Assembly: GCA_964291625.2 (NCBI GenBank)
Contig: OZ220089.1
Coordinates: 1,056,001 to 1,120,000 of the forward strand
Source: Candidatus Latescibacterota bacterium
GTDB taxonomy: Bacteria > Latescibacterota > UBA2968 > UBA8231
Direction: 5' to 3'
DNA: 64,000 nucleotides
Made by a program: the position numbers and the translations under genes. Shown here piece after piece: positions 11,098-21,718 of the stretch. The notes under the pieces were generated by a model. It was not told where the DNA came from. It made no database searches and was given only the letters and a program-made list of their open reading frames with translations. The first letter of the stretch is position 1. Each line of letters opens with the position of its first letter.

Positions 11098-12498
11098 CTA
11101 TTCCGCCAGGCTGCCGGCGGCGGCCGTCGGAGGGGACAGCACCCGTTCGATCTCGTCGAGGCGGTATCCGAAGCCGGCTCCCCGGAGCGAGGCCAGGTCC
11201 AGGGCCCCCTCCCGCCGCGAGTACAGCCCCGGATGGACCTGGGCCTCGGCGGCCGAGGCCTCCGGGTAGAACTGCATGCTGTTGGTCTCCACCCCCATGA
11301 TGGTATCGGCGTGGGCGGCCAGCAGCACATGGGGGATCTGGGCCAGCATCGGGTTGGTCAGGTCCTGCACCATCACCCCCATGCCGTGGGCCCGCGCCCA
11401 GCACAGGCTCAGCAGGGCCTCGGTCTGGGTCTTGCACGTCTTCAGGGCGACGCCGTTCCACCCCAGGCTCCGGCCGAGGCGCACCAGCTCCCAGTCGTGG
11501 GCGCTCTCGTCCATGAACAGGGGCTTGCGCGCCGAGACGGCGTGGACGTCGATGCGGTGGGCCTCCAGGTCGTAGGGGAAGGGCTGCTCCACGTAGAGCA
11601 CCATGCCGTAGAGCCGCGGGTGCTCGTCCCGCAGCCGGTCGAGGATGTCGTTGACGTAGGCCGGCTCGGTGACCGTGCAGTTGAAGTCGGCCGACAGCCA
11701 GTGAGTGCCGTGGTCCACGCCGATGGCGCCCACCCGGACGAGGCGCTCGTAGTCCCAGACCTCGTCGGTGCCGCGCAGCTTCACCTTCAGGCACTTGAGC
11801 CCGTCGCGGCGGATCCAGTCGGCCAGCAGCACCGGGTGGCCGTCGTCGGGCTCGTCCCCGGTCAGTTCGTCCGGCGTCAGCGGGTCGAGGCCGCCCACCA
11901 GGTGCCAGGCGGGCAGTCGCCGCAGCGGCCCGGGGGCGAGGAAGTCCCGGGGGTAGCGGCCGGCGAAGTCGACACCCGGCTCCGGCTCGAGGAAGCGGGA
12001 CAGGTCGGCGTTGAGGTACCCGGCGTCATAGGTCTCGTAGACCGGCCGGCCGCAGAGGCGGCCGAAGGCGTCGTGGAGGGCGAGGTCGAAGGGGGAGCTG
12101 CACACCCGCGCCGCCAGCAGCGGCACCTGGAGGGACCCGTGGCGGAAACGGTCCAGGACCGCCGGCAGCTGGAGCTGGAAGGCGTGCCCCACTTCGAGGG
12201 CGTGACCGCTGACCTCGAAGCCGCTCCAGGCGGGGACCAGCCCGGCGGTGAAGGCGATCAGGGCCTGGTGGCGCTCCTCGTAGGACTCCTCGGAGGGCCA
12301 GACCCACTGCACGCTCAGGGGGGTCTCCCCCCACCCCTCGGCGCGGCGGCCGTCGGCGGCGGCCACCTCCAGGCGGACGCGGGCGACGGTGACGCGGGTG
12401 GTCGTCTCCGGCCCGAACTTCAGCGGCATCCGGGTCTCCACCGGCAGCAGGTAGAGGGCCGCGCCGGTGACCCGCACGTCGGTCGGCCGGGACGTCAC
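11098..12498 (-). CDS. Enolase-superfamily protein
   Basis: GTG 12498 overlaps argH stop; RMPLKFG, LKVKLRG, SADFN, VEQPF, MDESA, LKTCK motifs. Confidence 0.8.
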   Translation of the reverse strand: MTSRPTDVRVTGAALYLLPVETRMPLKFGPETTTRVTVARVRLEVAAADGRRAEGWGETPLSVQWVWPSEESYEERHQALIAFTAGLVPAWSGFEVSGHALEVGHAFQLQLPAVLDRFRHGSLQVPLLAARVCSSPFDLALHDAFGRLCGRPVYETYDAGYLNADLSRFLEPEPGVDFAGRYPRDFLAPGPLRRLPAWHLVGGLDPLTPDELTGDEPDDGHPVLLADWIRRDGLKCLKVKLRGTDEVWDYERLVRVGAIGVDHGTHWLSADFNCTVTEPAYVNDILDRLRDEHPRLYGMVLYVEQPFPYDLEAHRIDVHAVSARKPLFMDESAHDWELVRLGRSLGWNGVALKTCKTQTEALLSLCWARAHGMGVMVQDLTNPMLAQIPHVLLAAHADTIMGVETNSMQFYPEASAAEAQVHPGLYSRREGALDLASLRGAGFGYRLDEIERVLSPPTAAAGSLAE

Positions 12499-13892
12499 CC
12501 CTCGGGCCCGGCCTCGGCCAGGATCTCCCTGGCCTGCAGGAGCTGGCGCTCCACGGCGGCCGGGCCCGTGCCGCCGTCGAGGTTGCGCCGGTCCAGGCTC
12601 GCCTCGAGGCCCAGGCGCCCCAGGGCCTTCTCGTCGAAGGCCGGATGGTGAGACTGCAGATCGGCCAGGGTCAGGTCGGTGAGCCCGCATCCCCTGTCGG
12701 ACGCCTCACGGACCACGGCCCCCACCGCCCGGTGCGCCTCCCGGAAGGGCTCCCCCGCCTCCACGAGGAAGTCGGCCAGCTCGGTGGCCAGGGCCCCGGC
12801 GTCGACGGCCCTGGCCATCCTGCCGGCGTTCACCTTCATCGTCTCCCAGGCCGAGGCGAAGACCTCGAGGCAGTCGGAGGCCGTGTCGAAGGCGTCGAAG
12901 ACCGGCTCCTTGTCCTCCTGCAGATCCTTGCCGTAGGTCAGGCCGAGGCCCTTCATCGCCGTGAGCAGAGAGACCAGATCCCCGTACACGCGCCCCGTCT
13001 TGCCGCGCACCAGCTCCAGGGAGTCGGGGTTCTTCTTCTGGGGCATCATGCTCGAGCCGGTGGCCCAGGCGTCGTCGAGCTCGACGAACCCGAACTCCGC
13101 CGAGGAGAACAGGACCAGGTCCTCGCAGTAGCGGCTCAGGTGCATCATCAGGATCGAGAGCGCCGCCAGGGCCTCGAGGAGGAAGTCGCGGTCCGAGACC
13201 GCGTCCAGGCTGTTCGGGGTCACCCCCGAGAACCCCAGCTCCCGCGCCATGAACTCCCGGTCGAGGGCGAAGGCGGAACCCGCCAGGGCGCCGGAGCCGA
13301 GGGGCATGCGGTCGCTGCGGCCCTGGGCGTCCCCGAGCCGCCCCAGGTCCCGCTCCAGGGCCCAGAACAGGGACAGGGCGTAGTGGGCGAACACGATCGG
13401 CTGGGCCTGCTGCAGGTGCGTGTACCCCGGCAGCACCGTCTTGCGGTGCTCTTCCGCGGAGGCCACCAGGACCGCCTGCAGCCGGCGGATGCGCCCGCCG
13501 ACGGCGGCGGCGGCGGCGCGCAGGTAGAGGCGCTCGTCGAGACTGACCTGGTCATTGCGGCTGCGGCCGGCGTGCAGCTTGCCCCCCAGGGGCCCGAGGA
13601 TCCCGGTGAGCCGGGCCTCGACGGCCATGTGCACGTCCTCCAGGCCCGGGTCCCACTCGTGGCCGGGCGCTGAGAGCTCCCGCAGGACCTGGTCGAGGCC
13701 CTCGAGGAGGCGGGCGCACTCCGGCGTTGTCAGCAGGCCCGCACGCTCCAGGGCGCGGGCGTAGACCTTGCTGCCGGCGACGTCGACCTCCAGCAGGCGG
13801 CGGTCGAAGCCGATGGAGGCGTTGAAGCGCTCCATCAGCCTGGCCGTGGCCCCGGAGAACCGGCCGCCCCATGCCTTCTCGGAACCGGACAT
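12495..13892 (-). CDS. argH: Argininosuccinate lyase
   Basis: WGGRF N-terminus, GRSRNDQV, PGYTHLQ, GSSMMPQKKNPD signature. Confidence 0.98.
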   Translation of the reverse strand: MSGSEKAWGGRFSGATARLMERFNASIGFDRRLLEVDVAGSKVYARALERAGLLTTPECARLLEGLDQVLRELSAPGHEWDPGLEDVHMAVEARLTGILGPLGGKLHAGRSRNDQVSLDERLYLRAAAAAVGGRIRRLQAVLVASAEEHRKTVLPGYTHLQQAQPIVFAHYALSLFWALERDLGRLGDAQGRSDRMPLGSGALAGSAFALDREFMARELGFSGVTPNSLDAVSDRDFLLEALAALSILMMHLSRYCEDLVLFSSAEFGFVELDDAWATGSSMMPQKKNPDSLELVRGKTGRVYGDLVSLLTAMKGLGLTYGKDLQEDKEPVFDAFDTASDCLEVFASAWETMKVNAGRMARAVDAGALATELADFLVEAGEPFREAHRAVGAVVREASDRGCGLTDLTLADLQSHHPAFDEKALGRLGLEASLDRRNLDGGTGPAAVERQLLQAREILAEAGPEG

Positions 13893-13908
13893 GATCGGCG
13901 CGGCGGGA

Positions 13909-15105
13909 CTAGCTCTGCCGCAGGATCTCGTCGAAGACGTCGATGACCTGGTCGATGCGGTCCTCGTCGACGATCAGCGGCGGCAGGAAGCGCACCATGT
14001 CCGCCCCGCAGGGCGCCACCAGGATCTCGCGCTCCCGGAAGTCGGCCAGGTAGTCGGCGCCCGGCCGGTCGGTGACCACCGCCGCCTGGATGAGACCCCG
14101 GCCGCGGAGCTCGGAGATCCGCTCCGGCCAGCGCTGCTGCAGCTTCTCAAGCCCCGTCCGCAGCCGCTGGCCCCGGCTGGCCACACCCTCGATGAAGCCG
14201 TCGGCGGTGATCTTGCCGAGCACCGCCAGGGCCACGTTGGCCACCACCGGATTGGCGCCGAAGGTGGCGGCGTGGTCCCCCGGCTCCACGGCGTCGGCCA
14301 CCCTCTGGGTCATCAGGGTGGCGCCGATGGGCAGCCCGCCGCCGAGGGCCTTGGCCAGGGTCATCACATCCGGCTCCACCCCGTACTGCTGGTAGGCCCA
14401 CAGCGAGCCCGTCCGTCCCATGCCCACCTGGATCTCGTCGAAGGCGAGCAGCAGACCGCGGTCGTCGCACAGCTTGCGCAGCCCCTGCAGGAACTCATCG
14501 GTGGCCACGTGGACTCCGCCCTCGCCCTGGATCGGCTCGACGAGGACGGCGCAAGTCTCGTCGTCGACGAGGGCCTCCACCGAGGACAGGTCGTTGAAGT
14601 CGGCGAAGCCGACGCCTGGAAGGAGCGGGCCGAAGCCCTCCTGGTAGCGCGGCTGTCCGGTGGTGGAGAGGGAGCCGAGGGTGCGCCCGTGGAAGGAGTT
14701 GCGGAAGGCGATCAGCTTGTGGCGCCCGCCGGAGGTGTGGCCCCACTTGCGGCAGAACTTCAGCGCCGCCTCCCAGGCCTCGGTGCCGCTGTTGCAGAAG
14801 AACACGCGGTCGGCGAAGGAGCTCTCCACCAGACTCTTCGCCAGGCGGGTGGAGGGCACGGTGTGGTAGAGGTTGGAGACGTGCATGAGCTGCGCCGACT
14901 GCTGCTCGATCGCCTTGAGGACGTCGTAGTCGCCGTACCCGAGGGCGTTGACCGCCAGACCGCTGACGAAGTCGAGGTAGCGGTTGCCGTCGAGGTCGAA
15001 GAGGTAGACGCCGTTGCCGCGCTCCAGGACGAAATCGGGCCGGCCATAGGTCTGCAGGATGTACCTGTGTTCCTGCTCGATGAGGTTGTCGGTCTTTATC
15101 GTCAT
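13909..15105 (-). CDS. argD: Acetylornithine aminotransferase
   Basis: NSGTEA, SFHGRT, EPIQGEGG, DEIQVG, LAKALGGG; position in arg operon. Confidence 0.93.
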   Translation of the reverse strand: MTIKTDNLIEQEHRYILQTYGRPDFVLERGNGVYLFDLDGNRYLDFVSGLAVNALGYGDYDVLKAIEQQSAQLMHVSNLYHTVPSTRLAKSLVESSFADRVFFCNSGTEAWEAALKFCRKWGHTSGGRHKLIAFRNSFHGRTLGSLSTTGQPRYQEGFGPLLPGVGFADFNDLSSVEALVDDETCAVLVEPIQGEGGVHVATDEFLQGLRKLCDDRGLLLAFDEIQVGMGRTGSLWAYQQYGVEPDVMTLAKALGGGLPIGATLMTQRVADAVEPGDHAATFGANPVVANVALAVLGKITADGFIEGVASRGQRLRTGLEKLQQRWPERISELRGRGLIQAAVVTDRPGADYLADFREREILVAPCGADMVRFLPPLIVDEDRIDQVIDVFDEILRQS

Positions 15106-15120
15106 CTTCCCCTCTTTCCG

Positions 15121-15999
15121 CTAACGGAGGATTTGCGAACCCACGCCCTCGTCGGTGAAGAACTCGAGGAGCAGGGAGTGGGGGATGCGTCCGTCCACGA
15201 TATGGGTCTTGCGCACTCCGGCTCGAACCGAGCGCACGCCGGCGCGCGCCTTGGGGATCATCCCCCCCTGGAGCACGCCGGTATCGATCAGGCCCTGCAC
15301 CTCGTCCACGCGCACCGTGGAGATCAGGCTCGACTCGTCGGCGGGATTCTCGAGGATCCCGGTGACGTCGGTGAGGAAGACGAGCTTCTCCGCCCCCAGG
15401 GCTGCGGCGATCTCTCCCGCCGCGGTGTCGGCGTTGACGTTGTAGGCCTCGCCGTCCTCCCCCCGGCCGATGGGAGCCACCACGGGGATCGTCTCGCCGT
15501 CGATCAACTCCCGCAGCGGCGCCGCGTCGACGCGGACCACATCGCCCACGAAGCCCAGGTCCACGGGGCCTTCCCGGGTCTGGGCCACATGGGGGCGTAC
15601 GTGGAGCACGCCGGCCTCGCGGGCCGAGAGGCCGCGCCCGCGCCCCCCGAGGGATTCGATCCCTTCCACCAGACCGCTGTTGATCTCCCCCGCCAGGACC
15701 TCCTCCACCACCTTCATCGTCTCGCGGTCGGTGATGCGCAGGCCGTTGACCCGCCGGGTCTCCACCTTGCGCTCGCGCAGGCGCCGGTCGATGGCGGGGC
15801 CCCCTCCGTGGACGACGACCGGATTGATGCCCACGTGCTCCATGAAGACGAGGTCCCGCAGGACCGTGTCGGCGCCGCCCTCCGGGGCCAGGGTGCTGCC
15901 CCCGTACTTGACGACCACGGTCCTGCCGCGGAAGGCCTGGATGTACGGTAGCGCCTCGGCCAGGACCGACGCCTTGTCGATGTAGCTCTGAAGCTCCAT
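15121..15999 (-). CDS. argB: Acetylglutamate kinase
   Basis: From ATG 15999: EALPYIQ, VVKYGG, VVHGGGP, GLRITD, YNVNAD, GGMIPK. Confidence 0.97.
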   Translation of the reverse strand: MELQSYIDKASVLAEALPYIQAFRGRTVVVKYGGSTLAPEGGADTVLRDLVFMEHVGINPVVVHGGGPAIDRRLRERKVETRRVNGLRITDRETMKVVEEVLAGEINSGLVEGIESLGGRGRGLSAREAGVLHVRPHVAQTREGPVDLGFVGDVVRVDAAPLRELIDGETIPVVAPIGRGEDGEAYNVNADTAAGEIAAALGAEKLVFLTDVTGILENPADESSLISTVRVDEVQGLIDTGVLQGGMIPKARAGVRSVRAGVRKTHIVDGRIPHSLLLEFFTDEGVGSQILR

Positions 16000-16007
16000 C
16001 GGCGGAC

Positions 16008-16481
16008 CTATCCGTCCCCCTCCTGGCCGCCGATGGCGGTGACCCGCCGCACCACGGCGCGCGCCTCGGAGGCGGTGCGGGCGAGGACGAAGATCGTGTT
16101 CTCGCCGGCCAGGGTTCCCATCACCTCGGCCCACTCCAGTCGATCGACGGCCTCGCACACGGCCTGGGCATGGCCCGAGAGCGTCCGGATGACCGTCATG
16201 TTGCCGGCCCGGTCGACGCCGGTCACGTAGTCGCGCAGCTCGCGCTCGAAGACGCCGCGGTCGTTGTAGGCTCCCCGGCCCTCCGGCAGGGAATAGCGGA
16301 AGCCGCCGCCGGCGCGGGGAACGCGCACGACACCGAGCTCGCGCAAGTCCTTGGAGAGGGTGGACTGGCTGACCTCGATGCCCCGGCGCGCCAGCGCCTC
16401 CGCAAGGCGCTCGTGGGTGTCGATGCGTTCGGCCTGCAGCAACTCCCGGATCGTTCCCTGGCGGACTCTTCGGGTATTCAC
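16008..16481 (-). CDS. argR: Arginine repressor
   Basis: GTG 16481 start; VSQSTLSKDLREL wHTH and GTLAGENT arginine-binding motif. Confidence 0.93.
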   Translation of the reverse strand: MNTRRVRQGTIRELLQAERIDTHERLAEALARRGIEVSQSTLSKDLRELGVVRVPRAGGGFRYSLPEGRGAYNDRGVFERELRDYVTGVDRAGNMTVIRTLSGHAQAVCEAVDRLEWAEVMGTLAGENTIFVLARTASEARAVVRRVTAIGGQEGDG

Positions 16482-16483
16482 GG

Positions 16484-16522
16484 CTTGAATAACTATTCTC
16501 TTTTTTTGAATAAGTATGCAAT
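16484..16522. promoter_or_regulatory. Tandem ARG boxes (ArgR operators)
   Basis: TGAATAACTATTCT (16486-16499) and TGAATAAGTATGCA (16507-16520) match TGAAT-N4-ATTCA. The 18-bp boxes are 3 bp apart, in an AT-rich patch directly upstream of argR. Confidence 0.92.
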
Positions 16523-16543
16523 ATAACCCGCTTCCACCGACTG

Positions 16544-17368
16544 TCAATCACCGGAGGAGCGGCGCTTCCGGCCCGCCGCTTCCCGCGGAGAGAGCAGCTC
16601 CGACAGCCGCTGCTTCAGCTCCGGACCGTCGAGGCCGCGCACGAGCCCGCCGCCGACGGTGATCGAGATCGCCCGGGTCTCCTCGGAGACCACGATCGTC
16701 ACCGCGTCGGTCTCCTGGGAGAGGCCGAGGGCGGCGCGGTGGCGCGTTCCCAGACGCTGGTCCTCCACCTCCTCCGCCAGGGGCAGAGTGCAGCGGGCGG
16801 CGATGAGGGACTCCCCCTGGATGACCACCGCCTGATCGTGCAGGGGCGAGCGCGGCGTGAAGATGGCGGTGAGCAGATCGGCGGAGACCTGGGCGTTGAT
16901 GGGCACCCCCGACTCGACGACCCCTCCCAGGCCCGCCTCGCGGCCGAGGACGATCAGGGCGCCGTAGCCGCGCTCGGCCAGTTGCACCGATCCGTTGACG
17001 ACCTGGTCGATCACGCGCGACGGCTCGGTCTTGTAGAACCAGCTGAGGAGGGGGCTCTGGCCGATGGCCAGCAGGAGCCGGCGCAGCTCGGGCTGAAAGA
17101 GGATGACGAGCAGGATCAGGAGGATCGACTGCACCTGCTCCAGCATCCACGCCAGGGCCATCATCTCATGCTCCTGCCATCGCGCCGCCAGGGCCACGGA
17201 GACGAGCAGGAAGAGGCCGACGAGCATGTGGGCTCCGCGGTTGCCGCGGACCAGGGTGAGCAGCCGGTAGATGATCAGGGTGACGATCAGGAAGTCGAGG
17301 ACCGACACCACCGTCACCGGGATGAACCCGAAGAGCTTGAAGAGGACGAGGCTGTCGCTCTGGATCAC
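16544..17368 (-). CDS. cdaA: Membrane diadenylate cyclase CdaA/DacA
   Basis: GTG 17368; three N-terminal TM segments, LFQPELRR, GALIV, LHDQAVV (DGA site), GTRHRAALG, VSEET. Confidence 0.9.
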   Translation of the reverse strand: MIQSDSLVLFKLFGFIPVTVVSVLDFLIVTLIIYRLLTLVRGNRGAHMLVGLFLLVSVALAARWQEHEMMALAWMLEQVQSILLILLVILFQPELRRLLLAIGQSPLLSWFYKTEPSRVIDQVVNGSVQLAERGYGALIVLGREAGLGGVVESGVPINAQVSADLLTAIFTPRSPLHDQAVVIQGESLIAARCTLPLAEEVEDQRLGTRHRAALGLSQETDAVTIVVSEETRAISITVGGGLVRGLDGPELKQRLSELLSPREAAGRKRRSSGD

Positions 17369-18203
17369 GGGGCCGCCTCCAGAAGGCGCACGGCGCGGAC
17401 CGTCTCCTTCACGTCGTGAACGCGCAGGGCCCGGGCCCCGTGAATGACGGCGAGGACCCCCGCCGCCAGGCTGGCTTCGAGGGCGTCGTCGGGTGTGAGA
17501 CCCATCGGCTTCCACAGGAAGGACTTGCGCGACGCCCCCACGACCACGGGGCAACCCCTCACCGAGAACGACCCCGCCCGGCGCAGGAGCTGGTGGTTGC
17601 CGGCGAAGGACTTGCCGAAGCCGATCCCCGGGTCCACGGCGACGCGCTTGGCGGGAATTCCGTGGCGGCCGGCATGATCGACCCGGCCCTGGAGGTATTC
17701 GGCGACCTCACCGGTCAGGTCGTCGTAGTGGGTGTTCCGCTGCATGGTGGCGGGGGTCCCGCGACGATGCATGAGGATCACGGGAGCGCCGGCCTCGGCC
17801 GCCGCTGGAGCCATCTCCTCGTCGTGGGTGAGGGCGCTGATGTCGTTGACGATGTCGGCGCCGGCGGCCAGCGCCTGGCGGGCGACCTCGGCCTTTACCG
17901 TGTCGACGGAGAGGGGGATGTCGCTGTGCCGCCGGATGGCCTCGATCACGGGCACGATTCGCCGCTCCTCCTCCGCCGCGGGCACCTCGGCCACCGGGCC
18001 GTAGAGCGGCGGCCGAGTGGACTCGCCGCCCACGTCGACGATGTCGGCGCCCGCCTCGGCCTGGGACAGGGCCCGCTCCACGGCCGCGGAGGGCTCGGAG
18101 TAGCGGCCGCCGTCGTAGAACGAATCCGGGGTCACGTTGAGGACCCCCATGACCTGCACCCGCTGGCGGAAGTCGATCCGCCGGCCCCCTGCCAGCTCCC
18201 AGA

Positions 18204-18207
<4 letters not shown>
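17365..18207 (-). CDS. folP: Dihydropteroate synthase
   Basis: MGVLNVTPDSFYDGG, DVGGESTRP, DPGIGFGK, SRKSF, RVHDV. Confidence 0.97.
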
Positions 18208-20228
<2,021 letters not shown>

Positions 20229-20236
20229 CGGGGCTC

Positions 20237-21658
20237 CTAGGACTCGAACTCGAGGTAGAGGATTCGACGGCTGCCCGCCGCGACGCGATGTCGGTGGCTC
20301 CGGGCGAGACCGGCGACCCAGAGGATCTCCTCTTCGGCGCCCGGGGTGTGCGGCCTGTGGGTCAGCAGCAGGGCCTCGGGCCGGAGGATCCTCGGCCATT
20401 TGGCGTCGATGAAGCAGTCGCTGAGCTTCTTGTGACGCCCCTTCATGCCCAGGGGTTGCAGGCGATCGCCGGGCCGCGGACTGCGCAACGACAATTCCCC
20501 CTCCGCCGCCCCGGCGTCGAAGGCGGCGCGCCAGCCGTCCAGGGACGGCCGAACTTCGTCGAACCGCGCCGGATCGAGGAACCGCGCCTCGAGGTTGACC
20601 CCGCGCTCCGGGACCTGGGTGCGCCCCGGGAGTTCGACTCTGGCGTGGATACGGGAGGCCGGGCCGCGACGGAGGATCAGGCTGGCGTCGGTTCCCTGCA
20701 CCCACAGACCGCCGGCGATCGACCGCAGGCCCGAGCCCATGGCCGCCGCCTCGGAGGCCGCTTCCACGGCTGCCCGGGAGACCGGGACGTGTTGCGCAAG
20801 CTCTTGAATATACTGACGTAACACGCGCCGCCGGACGGCCCTATGATAGCCGAGCAGACGTCCGGCATCAAGTGTGACCCCCTCCGGGTCCCGGCGCACC
20901 AGGGCCTGCCTCGCCGCCTTGCGGGCGACGCCGTCGAGATAGTCGTCCTCGTCGCGCAGCAACGAGGCGGTACGCGACAGGACATCGACCACGGCGGGGT
21001 TGAGGTGCCGTCTCAGGCTCGGCAGCAACTCGTGGCGCACCCGGTTCCGGGGCACCGCCAGGTCGCGGTTGCCGGCATCCTCGCGGAACTCGATGCCCTC
21101 CCGGGAGGCGTAGTCGCGGATCTGCGCCCGGGTGGCGGCCAGCAGTGGACGGAGGACGCCGGGGGCGCGCACCGGGGACATGGCCCCGAGCCCCGCGGGA
21201 CCCGCACCCCGGAGCAGGCGCAGGAGGAGGGTCTCGGCCTGATCGTCGGCGTGATGGGCGACGGCCACCCACCGGCACCCGGACTGCCGCCGGACCCGCT
21301 CGAACAGTGCGTACCGGGCCTCCCGGCCCTCCTCTTCCAGGGACCGCCCGGACTGCCGGGCCTCTCCGGCGACGTCGACGGCCTCGACCGTGACCAGCAG
21401 ACCGCGACTCTCGGCGGCGGCGGCCACGAAGCGGGCGTCCTCGGCGGATTCCGCGCGCAACCGGTGATCCAGATGGGCGACGTGCAGGTGCAGCCGGCGG
21501 GATTCGTGGGTGCGGTGCAGGAGGTCCAGCAGGACCATGGAGTCGAGGCCGCCCGAGACGGCGGCGACGATGCCGTCTCCAGGGGCAACCCCGGCCTCCC
21601 CCAAGGCGTGATCGAGGACGGCCTCCAGGTCCTTCTGGGGTCCGCTGGCTGGGCTCAT
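20237..21658 (-). CDS. tilS: tRNA(Ile)-lysidine synthase
   Basis: SGGLDS PP-loop, HLDHRLR, AHHADDQAET, RNRVRH, TilS_C domain; start 21658 or 21685. Confidence 0.95.
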   Translation of the reverse strand: MSPASGPQKDLEAVLDHALGEAGVAPGDGIVAAVSGGLDSMVLLDLLHRTHESRRLHLHVAHLDHRLRAESAEDARFVAAAAESRGLLVTVEAVDVAGEARQSGRSLEEEGREARYALFERVRRQSGCRWVAVAHHADDQAETLLLRLLRGAGPAGLGAMSPVRAPGVLRPLLAATRAQIRDYASREGIEFREDAGNRDLAVPRNRVRHELLPSLRRHLNPAVVDVLSRTASLLRDEDDYLDGVARKAARQALVRRDPEGVTLDAGRLLGYHRAVRRRVLRQYIQELAQHVPVSRAAVEAASEAAAMGSGLRSIAGGLWVQGTDASLILRRGPASRIHARVELPGRTQVPERGVNLEARFLDPARFDEVRPSLDGWRAAFDAGAAEGELSLRSPRPGDRLQPLGMKGRHKKLSDCFIDAKWPRILRPEALLLTHRPHTPGAEEEILWVAGLARSHRHRVAAGSRRILYLEFES

Positions 21659-21718
21659 GGTCAAGTCCGGGTGGGCGGCGGCCACGCCCTACCCCCCTGG
21701 GGCCGCCCCCGGCCTAGA

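Noticed and set aside
16482-16551. N-terminal extensions of argR (16547) and argB (16551) in the ORF track
   Set aside because: They run through the ARG-box operator region or through argR; homologous starts are at 16481 and 15999.
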